Shown here one piece after another: positions 1 to 8,645 of a stretch of 64,000 nt of DNA. Positions within the stretch are counted from its first letter, which is position 1; every line of letters starts with the position of its first letter. The stretch spans positions 1-64,000 of IMG/VR virus record IMGVR_UViG_3300042503_000110. One strand, written 5' to 3'. The DNA is from a virus. The notes under the pieces are model-generated. The model did no database searches. It was not told the origin of the DNA and saw only the letters and a list, made by a program, of their open reading frames with translations. A program made the position numbers and the translations under genes.

Positions 1-62
<62 letters not shown>

Positions 63-96
63 ACAAACAACCGCCCCCCGGGCCCTAGAAAAAAAT

Positions 97-315
97 TTAG
101 GAAAATGGTGGGGCTATCCTATCAACTACTCTACCAAAGGTCTGGTTAGATCTTACCTTGATGTCCTTGTGGGTAAATTGCCAGAGTTCTCCACTGTCTA
201 GTATTACGGTGTATATGGTGTCCGTCTCATGGCCGTAGTCTGTTACTAGCCATACTATTCCTTTTCCTTTAGGTGTGTTTACTTCTAGTCTGTTATGGGG
301 TTCGTATATGTGCAT
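97..315 (-). CDS. Small phage hypothetical protein (72 aa)
   Basis: Track ORF 97..387. The ATG at 315 (MHIYEPHN...) cuts the overlap with the upstream gene from 95 to 23 nt. The TPKG.G...YG...D...GE.W pattern resembles common small phage proteins. Confidence 0.65.
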   Translation of the reverse strand: MHIYEPHNRLEVNTPKGKGIVWLVTDYGHETDTIYTVILDSGELWQFTHKDIKVRSNQTFGRVVDRIAPPFS

Positions 316-988
316 GAGAGTCTCGGTTACATAGTTTAATGTAAAGTTGGGTATCTTTAGACCAGTGTTTTCCTGTCCACCATTCAAATCCCTTGAACTG
401 AGATTTGTATATGCAGGATTCTTCGTAGCCCCCTAAGATATAAAGGTATCTACAGTCTAGGAGGTTTGCTAGTTCGGATTCGTACATCTGGGAAATATTA
501 CCTAAAGATAACTTGGGTTCTTGGTAGTCCCATAGGAACTGATAAGATACAAACGCGGATTCGTTGCTCTGTCGGTACAACTTGTGAATCAAAGCCCCTA
601 TCAGTCTCTCCTCCTTATAGTAAAGAAGTACGAAAAAGTCCTTTGTAGTTAAGAAGTCTTTTAAGTTTATCTTACGCTCAAAACCGTGTTTCTCTATGTA
701 CTCGGCATAAATAGGCTCTAGTAGCTCAACAATCTCCGCAGTCAGCCTACAACTGGTATAAGTAACGTCCTTGGCTAGTTTCCTCGTAGTCTTGCTAGGC
801 TTGTACTGACGTAAATCCAGCCTGACCGACCTTAGATTGTACCAGTAGTCTCCCCACTCTACCCAGCCACTCTCAAGATAGTCGATAAAGTCTTTACCTT
901 GAGCAATTCCCTTGGGGTCTGAATAGATAAAATCCTGCTCAGTGATCTTTCCAAATCCCTCTATATGGTCAAAGACTACCTTTATCAT
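293..988 (-). CDS. Aminoacyl-tRNA-protein transferase-like protein (ATE1/Bpt family, GNAT fold)
   Basis: ATE_N-like L.SGW...WY..RSVRLDL.QYKPSKTTRKL, and ATE_C-like WDY.EPKLSLG.....E...A......YLYILGGY...C.YKS.F..FE. Confidence 0.7.
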   Translation of the reverse strand: MIKVVFDHIEGFGKITEQDFIYSDPKGIAQGKDFIDYLESGWVEWGDYWYNLRSVRLDLRQYKPSKTTRKLAKDVTYTSCRLTAEIVELLEPIYAEYIEKHGFERKINLKDFLTTKDFFVLLYYKEERLIGALIHKLYRQSNESAFVSYQFLWDYQEPKLSLGNISQMYESELANLLDCRYLYILGGYEESCIYKSQFKGFEWWTGKHWSKDTQLYIKLCNRDSHAHIRTP

Positions 989-1005
989 ATTACTGTATCT
1001 TAATT

Positions 1006-1013
1006 CAAATTTA
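1006..1013 (-). promoter_or_regulatory. Bacteroidota -7 promoter element for the leftward genes
   Basis: CAAATTTA on + reads TAAATTTG (TAnnTTTG) on -, 17 nt upstream of the ATG at 988. Confidence 0.55.
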
Positions 1014-1015
1014 AC

Positions 1016-1023
1016 TATCTTTG
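1016..1023 (+). promoter_or_regulatory. Bacteroidota -7 promoter element
   Basis: TATCTTTG, 4 nt before ATG 1028. Confidence 0.65.
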
Positions 1024-1027
1024 TCTT

Positions 1028-1528
1028 ATGGAGAATGTTTTTTTAATTGATGGAGAATTAGAATCTAGTTTAATTAATGTTGTTTGCTTAGAAGTTAAAG
1101 AAAAGTTTAAAGACCTTTCTGAAGTATCTAAGTTAGGAGTCTTGTGTGTTTCTCCTGATTATTCGGGGACAATTGGTATGCGCGTTCTTCATGCCCTGTA
1201 CTCCCTGCACAAAAACCAACTTCCAGAATACGTCTGTATAGACACCCCCTATTCTACAGATTCTGACGAACAAAAAAACAACTTTAAGGTTATCTTAAAT
1301 GTCATAGCTCCCTACTTTAAACAGAAGGTTGACAAAGTTGTTATTGTATCTTCCGTAGACTCCGAAGAATACTCTTGGATAAAAGAAATTTTAATTAAAG
1401 CTAACTTCCTAGAAGAGAACTTAACATTCATTTCTCTGGTAGAATCCCAAGATTCTGAATTTAAATCAGAGATCGTAGGAGAGTACATAGAGTTCACGCC
1501 TAAGTTCTGGTGGGAAGCTATTTCTTAA
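1028..1528 (+). CDS. Type I phosphoribosyltransferase-fold protein, degenerate
   Basis: Alpha/beta pattern VLCVSPDYS...VVIV...F.SL, like phage PRTase-like proteins; the PRPP-binding loop is not canonical. Confidence 0.45.
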   Translation: MENVFLIDGELESSLINVVCLEVKEKFKDLSEVSKLGVLCVSPDYSGTIGMRVLHALYSLHKNQLPEYVCIDTPYSTDSDEQKNNFKVILNVIAPYFKQKVDKVVIVSSVDSEEYSWIKEILIKANFLEENLTFISLVESQDSEFKSEIVGEYIEFTPKFWWEAIS

Positions 1529-1566
1529 CACTTAAAGTTAAAACTTTACTTTTTTGGGCAAAATCT

Positions 1567-1574
1567 TATCTTTG
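1567..1574 (+). promoter_or_regulatory. Bacteroidota -7 promoter element of the long tail fibre gene
   Basis: TATCTTTG, 8 nt before ATG 1583. Confidence 0.65.
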
Positions 1575-1582
1575 TATAAGTC

Positions 1583-4500
1583 ATGCCTTACAGCAATCCT
1601 ATTACCCAGGCCGAACTCACGGACCTCGCCTATTATAATCCCTTACATCCGAGGGATGGCAGTCCTGCTGAGCAGTATATGCCACAAGCGTACTTCCTTG
1701 TTCCTCCTGCAACACAGGCGGGGCCAGTTAAATGGAGATTATTTGACGCAGCCTACATTACTACGGGTATCATCGACCCCAATAGGCTAGGAACTGGAGC
1801 CACTGGGGCAGGGAACCTTTACTTAGCAGATGATGGAACATGGAAACCTGTTTCAGGAGGAGGAGGCGGAGCTGTAGATAGAATAATAGCAGGAACTAAT
1901 ATAAGCATTAGTCCAACAGGAGGAACAGGTGTAGTGACCATTAATGCAACTACTCTCAATCCAGACCCTACTGGATACGGTTCTTTCTTTTCAAACCAAA
2001 CTCAAGCTATATCTGTTATTAATACACCTCAAGTTGTTACCTTTAACAACACTTACGAGGCAAATGATGTTTACCTTTCTTCTAACCGTATTTACTTTAA
2101 TAAGGCAGGTACATATCAGTTTGCTTATATCGCTCAAGTATTTAATACTGCTAATAGCATAGAGCATTGTTCTTTTTGGATAAGGTATAACGGAAATAAT
2201 TTTCCTAACTCTGCTACACATATAACTGTAAACGCAAGAAAGTCTTCTACAGAGCCTTCTGAACAGCAGATGAAACTTATCTTAAGTGGAACGGCTCAGA
2301 ACGATGGAGACTACATAGAGCTATATTGGCAAGGTACTACTACTAGTTTGAGTTTGGGATATATTGCTGCAGGACCAGGTGAGGCTCCAGTAAACTCCCC
2401 TTCTGTAATTGCAAACATTATCCCTATTGGTGCACAAGGAAGAGATTCTAACTTAAACGAGTTAAACGACGTTACTATTACCTCTCCTGTTAATAATCAA
2501 TTACTCAGATACAATTCAGGAATTTGGGAGAACTGGACTCCTAACTTCTTAACTTCTGTTCCTACTTTAGATCAAGTTACTACTGCTGGTAATACTACCA
2601 CTAATGCGATTACCATTGGTGGGTTAAATAGTATCAATAAAGACATTGGAACAAATCTACATTTGTATACAAAGCCAAATTTTATTCAAGATGGTAGTTC
2701 TATTGTGTACGCTAAGAATTTATCTGGCAGTAAAGGTTCTTTTTCAGGAGTTGTAGTAGATAATGTTTCGGGGGCTTTTGGGGGACATTTCATAACAAGT
2801 TCGGCATCTGCCAATCCAGATTGGTTAATTGGACTTAGTAAAAATGTAGGTACTTGGGGAGATTTGTTTTATATGGCAGATAGTCTTGCAGCATCAGTCG
2901 TTTTGACATTAACTAAAGCTACAAAAAATGTCCTCATAGGCACTACTACTGATGCAGGATATAAATTAGATGTTAATGGGACTGCAAGAATTAATGATGT
3001 CTTTACTATTACTAAACCATTCCAAACTGGAGTAAGAGAAAGATTATTAACAGCAAGTGTTTCTGATGCATCTGGTGATTTCTTTTTTATCAATAATGGT
3101 ACAATTGGTGATGGTAGATTTGCTCCAGCTTTTGGTGGTATAATGAATACCACTAATAGTTTATTTGGATTAAGTTTTCAAGGATTTACAACCTCTGCAT
3201 TAGATACAGCGGCTGGAAATTTTGGGTTAGTGGATTTTGGAGCAATGCGAACTACAAATGCAACTGACCCCCTTAATGGAACATTATCTAATGTAGTTAA
3301 TAGAAAACTTTTTACTTTTAGAGGATTAGATGCTTCAAGCACATATTTAACAATTTTTTCTAGTGGTAATGTTAATATTGGAAATGTTCTTACTGATACG
3401 GGATATAAATTAGATGTAAATGGAACTGCCAGGGTACAAGGAGAACTAACAGTAAATGTACCTTCAGGTGGTAGTTTTGTAAGAGAGTCTTTAGTTAGAA
3501 TGTCTGTAGCTGATGCTCCTAATGATGCTTTTTTTATTGGTAATGGAACTAATGGAAATAATGTATTTTGGCCATCTTTTGCAGGATTCGGAACTAATGC
3601 TAATAGAGCAGGTATACAATTCTTAGGAATAGTTAATGAGACTAGTGACGTTGTTGGAGATGGAATTACATCAATTTTAAATTTTGAGGTAGCAAAAATT
3701 AGCGGAACGTCTGATCCGTTAAATGCTACTCGAAGTTCCGTAACTACAAAATCAGTACTAACTGTTGTAAACAATGGTGCATTTTATTTAAGAATGTTTG
3801 CTAATGGTAACTTAGCAATAGGTACTACTACAGACAATGGATATAAATTAGATGTTAATGGTAACACAGCGGTAAGAGGTAGTTTATTAGTAACAGACAC
3901 AGCAGGTACTCTCAGAACCGCTATATCTGGATTTGATAATAATGAAATTGCTTTTAATGGGACTAGATGGGTTCCAGATGCGTCATCAAATATAACTTAC
4001 AGTAATGGACAACTTACTCTTGGGGGAAGTAATCCTAGAATACTTGCTGGAAACCAAGATATTATTATAACAAACGTTAATGGTAACGTACCAAACAGTT
4101 ACATAACTTTAAGAGGTGTTGGAGCAACTAGTATTTACAGTAATAGAACAAGAGACATAGTTTTACTAACTATGTCTACTGTAATTCCATCTGGTTCAAG
4201 TAATATAAACTATAATTCATTAAGTATATCTCCCTCTGTAGATTACTCAGGAGTTACTGGGTCTAGTATTTTTAGAGGGTTATACTATGCCCCTATACTA
4301 ACAGGGTTTGTTGGTGAACATGAAGCAATAAGAACTGCCGCAGGAAAAGTAATACACCAAGGACTAACCAACGCAACACACTCAGATGTAGTTTATTATA
4401 ACTCTACTACAGGAGAGCTTACTTATGGAGCATTACCTACCCCTGCTACGCCAACATTAGATGCTGTAACTACTGCTGGTAATAGTACTACTAACGGAAT

Positions 4501-7237
4501 AACTGTAGGTGCTTCTGTTATTGATGGCATTACAATATGGGATAGTAATAGTTCAGGAACAAAAAATATAGGTATTGGATTCCAAACTCTTTTAAACTCT
4601 ACTACTGGGTTTAGCAATACTGCTGTAGGTTATAGGGCAGGGGAAGCTACAACTACTGGTTTAGGTAATGAGTTTTTTGGAGCAGAAGCTGGAATTAACA
4701 ATACTACAGGTTTTGCAAACGTTTATCTGGGAGGAAGTGCTGGTTATTTTGAAAAAACAGCAAACTATAATGTATATATAGGTAATTCGGCTGGAGGAGG
4801 TTTTTCAGATGGAACATCTACTAGTGGAAACAATGTAGCTATTGGCAGATTAGCGGGAAATAATTCTAGTGGTGGAGACAACGTGTTTCTTGGACATAGT
4901 GCTGGTAGAAATTCTACTGTGTCGAATCGACTTATTATAGGCAATAGAAATAATTCCAGCTTACTTGAGGGAAATTTTAGCACAGGTAATATTTTAATTG
5001 GCACAAGTACCGACAGTGGATATAAGTTAGATGTAAATGGAGATGTCCGCATTCTTGGAAACTTGTACATGAACGATGCAACCAACCGAACTATCTACGG
5101 TATAAATGGAACTTATATAAATCTATACAACGGAGGTACAGGAGGTATGGATTTTTACTCCTTAGGTGGGAATGCGGAATCTAGATTTTTTGGAGGACTA
5201 AGAGTAACAGGAAACTTAATTACGCAGGGTTCTTTCAGCATGAGTGGAAACCTAGACATAGGAAGCAACAACTTTGTAGGGGCTGTATCCAATGGTATAC
5301 GTCTTTATAGAGGATTTGATGCAAGTATGCAGTTTTATCTAGGACATCCAACAGTCGGAGACTTTCTTTGGGATTACCCAGAAAACACAACGTTAATGGT
5401 TTTAAAGCGTGGAGGTAACTTAGGAATAGGAACTACAAACCCAACCGATAAATTATACGTTCAAGGAAACTCTACAGTTACAGGGTACTTAGGAGTGCAT
5501 GGTCTTTTATATCACAGGTCTAGTTTTGCAGTCTTAAATAAAGCAGCAGGAGGATGGTTATTCTGGGCTAACAGAAACGACAGCGAAGCAGAAGTTGCTA
5601 TGCGTTTAGATTATGTAAGATCTATTAACGGTACAGCAGGAGGTAATGTTGGAATAGGTACAACAACCCCATCACATAAATTAGAGGTCGTAGGCGATAG
5701 TTTTATTCAAACACAAATAAGATCTACTAATAGTGCAGCAGGAATTAAACTTGTTCCTTCTAGTGGACATAACTACGAGATACAGGCAACTACCTCAAAC
5801 GAATTTTTAATTTATAATAGAACAACAAATCAATACAATTTATTTATTACTGGAGGTGGTTATGTAGGTATAAACACAAGTAGTCCTACTCATACTTTAG
5901 ATGTAAATGGGCCAGGGAGATTTACAGGTGTTTTAAGAGCAGATAATGCTGTAGACTCCTATAGTTCAACAGCTTCACATAGATTATTTACTGGGTCTTC
6001 TGTGTTTGCAGGAGGTATTGGACTTTCTAACTGGACTGGTAGAGGAGGATCTGATATTGATATATATTCAGTATCAAATATCGCTTTCCAAACCAATGAT
6101 ACAAATGTTCCTAAAATGTTTATTAATACCACTGGAAATGTTGGTATAGGAACAACAGCTCCTAACTCTAAACTACATATTTACGGAGGTATACAGAACT
6201 GGAATGCTGATATTCCAGGACAAACAGTAGGGACAATTCACTTAGCCCCTAACAGCAATGCTAGTGATTTTGGAAATGCTATTACATTTGGAGCAATTGA
6301 CTGGAATAGTGGGGGAGATGCTCAAGCAGGTATTTATGTAAAAGCAAGTGGGGCATATGGTACTAAAATGTACTTTGCTACTACTAATAGTTTTGCAACT
6401 GGTTCTAGAACTAGAATGATGATCAACAATGATGGAAGAGTTACAATAAATACAACAGTTCCAGCTTCAGTATTAACCGTAAACGTAGGAAACGGAGGAG
6501 CAAATGGTTCAGGAGGTGTCACAATTTATGGAACAGGAAATTACCATAGCTTAGAAATGGGTATTGAAGGTAATTACGATGGAATGATTCGTACCTATGG
6601 TAATGACCTTTTGTTATATGGAGGACATTGGAGAACTGTAGGTGCAGTAGCTAGTGGAGACCATAGTATTAAATTCTTTACTACAAAGAGTGGTAGTGCT
6701 GACTGGTCGACTGCTAAAATGGTCCTAAACCATAACGGTAACTTAGGAATAGGTACAACTAATCCAGGATATAAATTACACGTTAATAATGGAGATGTAT
6801 CTATAGGAGATTCTACTTCTCAAACTTATTTTGCTCCAGATACTGTTTACAGCAGAGGTGCAATTATGGGCCTTGGTAGTACTATTTCTGCTGAAGGAAC
6901 TACTAGACATCTTAGATTACTTACAAGTTTAAGCGGAGCAACAAGTAAAATATCTATTGGATATTTTAAAGCAGGGCCTGGTTGGTATGCAGCATTCCAT
7001 GTAGATAGTTCTCAAACAAACCCAGCAGTTCTTCTTCAGCCTGAAGGAAACAACGTAATTATTGGAGGCACTACAGACTCTGGAGACAAATTAAACGTAG
7101 TAGGTACTGTAGCTGCTACTGGGTATAAGATTAATGGAAACGTTGGGTGGACAGGAACTATCTTTATTGCAACCAATCCTCCAGGTCAACAAAACATTAC
7201 TGTTGAAGGCGGTTTGATTACAGGTTTTGGTGCTTGA
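1583..7237 (+). CDS. Long tail fibre / receptor-binding protein (1884 aa)
   Basis: G/N/T/S-rich; many Bacteroidota-type GN(V/L)GIGTT.P..KL.V.G and GYKLDVNG modules; two TLD.VTTAGN.TTN.IT.G repeats; N..(I/L)G..AG beta-roll repeats at about 4560-4940. Confidence 0.85.
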   Translation: MPYSNPITQAELTDLAYYNPLHPRDGSPAEQYMPQAYFLVPPATQAGPVKWRLFDAAYITTGIIDPNRLGTGATGAGNLYLADDGTWKPVSGGGGGAVDRIIAGTNISISPTGGTGVVTINATTLNPDPTGYGSFFSNQTQAISVINTPQVVTFNNTYEANDVYLSSNRIYFNKAGTYQFAYIAQVFNTANSIEHCSFWIRYNGNNFPNSATHITVNARKSSTEPSEQQMKLILSGTAQNDGDYIELYWQGTTTSLSLGYIAAGPGEAPVNSPSVIANIIPIGAQGRDSNLNELNDVTITSPVNNQLLRYNSGIWENWTPNFLTSVPTLDQVTTAGNTTTNAITIGGLNSINKDIGTNLHLYTKPNFIQDGSSIVYAKNLSGSKGSFSGVVVDNVSGAFGGHFITSSASANPDWLIGLSKNVGTWGDLFYMADSLAASVVLTLTKATKNVLIGTTTDAGYKLDVNGTARINDVFTITKPFQTGVRERLLTASVSDASGDFFFINNGTIGDGRFAPAFGGIMNTTNSLFGLSFQGFTTSALDTAAGNFGLVDFGAMRTTNATDPLNGTLSNVVNRKLFTFRGLDASSTYLTIFSSGNVNIGNVLTDTGYKLDVNGTARVQGELTVNVPSGGSFVRESLVRMSVADAPNDAFFIGNGTNGNNVFWPSFAGFGTNANRAGIQFLGIVNETSDVVGDGITSILNFEVAKISGTSDPLNATRSSVTTKSVLTVVNNGAFYLRMFANGNLAIGTTTDNGYKLDVNGNTAVRGSLLVTDTAGTLRTAISGFDNNEIAFNGTRWVPDASSNITYSNGQLTLGGSNPRILAGNQDIIITNVNGNVPNSYITLRGVGATSIYSNRTRDIVLLTMSTVIPSGSSNINYNSLSISPSVDYSGVTGSSIFRGLYYAPILTGFVGEHEAIRTAAGKVIHQGLTNATHSDVVYYNSTTGELTYGALPTPATPTLDAVTTAGNSTTNGITVGASVIDGITIWDSNSSGTKNIGIGFQTLLNSTTGFSNTAVGYRAGEATTTGLGNEFFGAEAGINNTTGFANVYLGGSAGYFEKTANYNVYIGNSAGGGFSDGTSTSGNNVAIGRLAGNNSSGGDNVFLGHSAGRNSTVSNRLIIGNRNNSSLLEGNFSTGNILIGTSTDSGYKLDVNGDVRILGNLYMNDATNRTIYGINGTYINLYNGGTGGMDFYSLGGNAESRFFGGLRVTGNLITQGSFSMSGNLDIGSNNFVGAVSNGIRLYRGFDASMQFYLGHPTVGDFLWDYPENTTLMVLKRGGNLGIGTTNPTDKLYVQGNSTVTGYLGVHGLLYHRSSFAVLNKAAGGWLFWANRNDSEAEVAMRLDYVRSINGTAGGNVGIGTTTPSHKLEVVGDSFIQTQIRSTNSAAGIKLVPSSGHNYEIQATTSNEFLIYNRTTNQYNLFITGGGYVGINTSSPTHTLDVNGPGRFTGVLRADNAVDSYSSTASHRLFTGSSVFAGGIGLSNWTGRGGSDIDIYSVSNIAFQTNDTNVPKMFINTTGNVGIGTTAPNSKLHIYGGIQNWNADIPGQTVGTIHLAPNSNASDFGNAITFGAIDWNSGGDAQAGIYVKASGAYGTKMYFATTNSFATGSRTRMMINNDGRVTINTTVPASVLTVNVGNGGANGSGGVTIYGTGNYHSLEMGIEGNYDGMIRTYGNDLLLYGGHWRTVGAVASGDHSIKFFTTKSGSADWSTAKMVLNHNGNLGIGTTNPGYKLHVNNGDVSIGDSTSQTYFAPDTVYSRGAIMGLGSTISAEGTTRHLRLLTSLSGATSKISIGYFKAGPGWYAAFHVDSSQTNPAVLLQPEGNNVIIGGTTDSGDKLNVVGTVAATGYKINGNVGWTGTIFIATNPPGQQNITVEGGLITGFGA

Positions 7238-7264
7238 CAACTGTAATATAAAATGTTATATTTG
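7234..7264 (+). promoter_or_regulatory. Bacteroidota sigma promoter
   Basis: TTG at 7234, 20-nt spacer, TATATTTG at 7257-7264; ATG at 7270. Confidence 0.7.
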
Positions 7265-7269
7265 TAATT

Positions 7270-7563
7270 ATGATTAAGATTCAAGACGTTGTAGTTCCGA
7301 CCAAAGGAACAGGAAAATACTTTAACCTTCTTGCGTTGAACTTTCCGCCTAACCCTACATCAGTAAGTTTTTACTGGTCTGTGTACGAAGAAACGCAAAA
7401 CGGACAAACTGAAGAAGGAACTCCTACACTAGGTCCTGGTAAGTTAATCTTAGAAGGAAACATTACTATGAATCAAGAAACCTATGCAAATTGGGGCACA
7501 GACGATGAGTTTGTAATTGACTGGGCTTTGAACGAACTAGGATTCACTAAAGTAACCGAATAA
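7270..7563 (+). CDS. Small acidic protein, probable tail fibre assembly chaperone
   Basis: Directly follows the fibre gene; C-terminal Y..WG.DD....DW...ELG pattern. Confidence 0.55.
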   Translation: MIKIQDVVVPTKGTGKYFNLLALNFPPNPTSVSFYWSVYEETQNGQTEEGTPTLGPGKLILEGNITMNQETYANWGTDDEFVIDWALNELGFTKVTE

Positions 7564-7583
7564 ACAAAATAAAACCAACCTAT

Positions 7584-7856
7584 ATGTCTACTACAAAAAT
7601 CGACTTAAACAAAGCTATCACAGATCTTGATGGCAAAGAAATTGAAGGTTCTAACCTTGGTAAACTTGTAGCTCAAATGCTTATCACCGCAACTAAAGGT
7701 GATGCTTTGAAGTACATGTCTTGGGCACTTAAATTGCATGCAGGAGAAAGTCTTGAACTAGACCCTAGCGACAAAGACTTGCTTAAGAACTTTATCAAAG
7801 ACCACGAGCAGTTGACTATCCTTTCTAAGGCACAAATGTTAGAATGTTTTAACTAA
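7584..7856 (+). CDS. Hypothetical protein, possible tail assembly chaperone
   Basis: Clean ORF with a DLDGK...WA.KL..G..LELD.SD pattern; has the AAAACCAACC leader. Confidence 0.65.
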   Translation: MSTTKIDLNKAITDLDGKEIEGSNLGKLVAQMLITATKGDALKYMSWALKLHAGESLELDPSDKDLLKNFIKDHEQLTILSKAQMLECFN

Positions 7857-7860
7857 GATT

Positions 7861-8121
7861 ATGAGCGAAACTAGATTACCATTAAGCCCTGAAGAAAAAG
7901 CTGCATTAGAGCAATTTCAGACTAAAGTACACCAAGTTATTATTGACTTAGGTAAAATTGAATTGCAACTTAGTGACTTACAGAATGTTAAAGACCAAGT
8001 TAAACAAGTAATGTCACAAGTAGTAGCTGAACAAAATCAGTACTTTGCTGATTTAGAAGAAAAGTACGGTAAGGGAGGAATAGATCCAAAATCTTACGAG
8101 TACATTCTTTCTGAAGAATAA
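7861..8121 (+). CDS. Coiled-coil hypothetical protein, possible chaperone
   Basis: Heptad Q/E/L-rich helix ending L.EKYG.G.ID, a common motif in fibre-associated phage proteins. Confidence 0.65.
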   Translation: MSETRLPLSPEEKAALEQFQTKVHQVIIDLGKIELQLSDLQNVKDQVKQVMSQVVAEQNQYFADLEEKYGKGGIDPKSYEYILSEE

Positions 8122-8134
8122 TTTTTAAAAATGG

Positions 8135-8163
8135 TTGGGATATCACAAACTTAATTATATTTG
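8135..8163 (+). promoter_or_regulatory. Bacteroidota sigma promoter driving a short non-coding transcript
   Basis: TTG 8135-8137, 18-nt spacer, TATATTTG 8156-8163; no + strand ORF before the terminator. Confidence 0.55.
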
Positions 8164-8164
8164 T

Positions 8165-8233
8165 GTTTCCATCTAGCCATTTGTTTTCCATATTCCTTCG
8201 CAAGAAAGGTAGGGCCCTCTCCCTACCTTTTTT
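8165..8233 (+). ncRNA. Candidate small RNA (about 70 nt)
   Basis: Lies between a consensus promoter and a strong intrinsic terminator; contains no ATG; pyrimidine-rich 5' part with three CCAT motifs. Confidence 0.45.
8205..8233 (+). terminator. Rho-independent terminator
   Basis: AAAGGTAGGG-ccctct-CCCTACCTTT followed by TTT. Confidence 0.85.
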
Positions 8234-8238
8234 GTTTC

Positions 8239-8268
8239 TTGACTTTATTTATAATTTAACTATTTTTG
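8239..8268 (+). promoter_or_regulatory. Bacteroidota sigma promoter
   Basis: TTG 8239-8241 (in CTTGACTT), 19-nt spacer, TATTTTTG 8261-8268. Confidence 0.7.
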
Positions 8269-8288
8269 TGAATAGCTGATATTCTGTT

Positions 8289-8636
8289 ATGGGAGATATG
8301 AGATTTAGGCCCGAATTTATGGGCAACGGACACGCTGGTAGAGTGCTGGACCTAATTCTCAAAGGAAGAAGTAGAATCACTTACTTGAATTTAATTGATT
8401 ACAACTCACTTAGATTTATGTTAGGTTCTATTGACGGAATTTCTCTAGATGGCAACATAGCTACAATTAGAGATGCAATTGGTAATTTTGAAACTACGTT
8501 AATTATAGACCAAAAGTTACGTAGTTTTGATTTAAAATTTGCAGACAAATATCCTACGGTATCTTATCTTCTTTACGATGATTTGAGCGGCCCAGGATAT
8601 TTGCTAACAGAATTAGGCGAGCGTTTAGTAGTTTAA
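8289..8636 (+). CDS. Hypothetical virion-associated protein
   Basis: Follows a promoter; C-terminal YLLTE.G.RL motif seen in phage fibre and structural proteins. Confidence 0.6.
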   Translation: MGDMRFRPEFMGNGHAGRVLDLILKGRSRITYLNLIDYNSLRFMLGSIDGISLDGNIATIRDAIGNFETTLIIDQKLRSFDLKFADKYPTVSYLLYDDLSGPGYLLTELGERLVV

Positions 8637-8645
8637 AAATATAAA

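Noticed and set aside
8000-8203. Minus-strand 67-aa ORF as a real gene
   Set aside because: It overlaps 7861..8121 antisense, begins right beside the terminator hairpin and has no promoter; the sRNA reading fits better.
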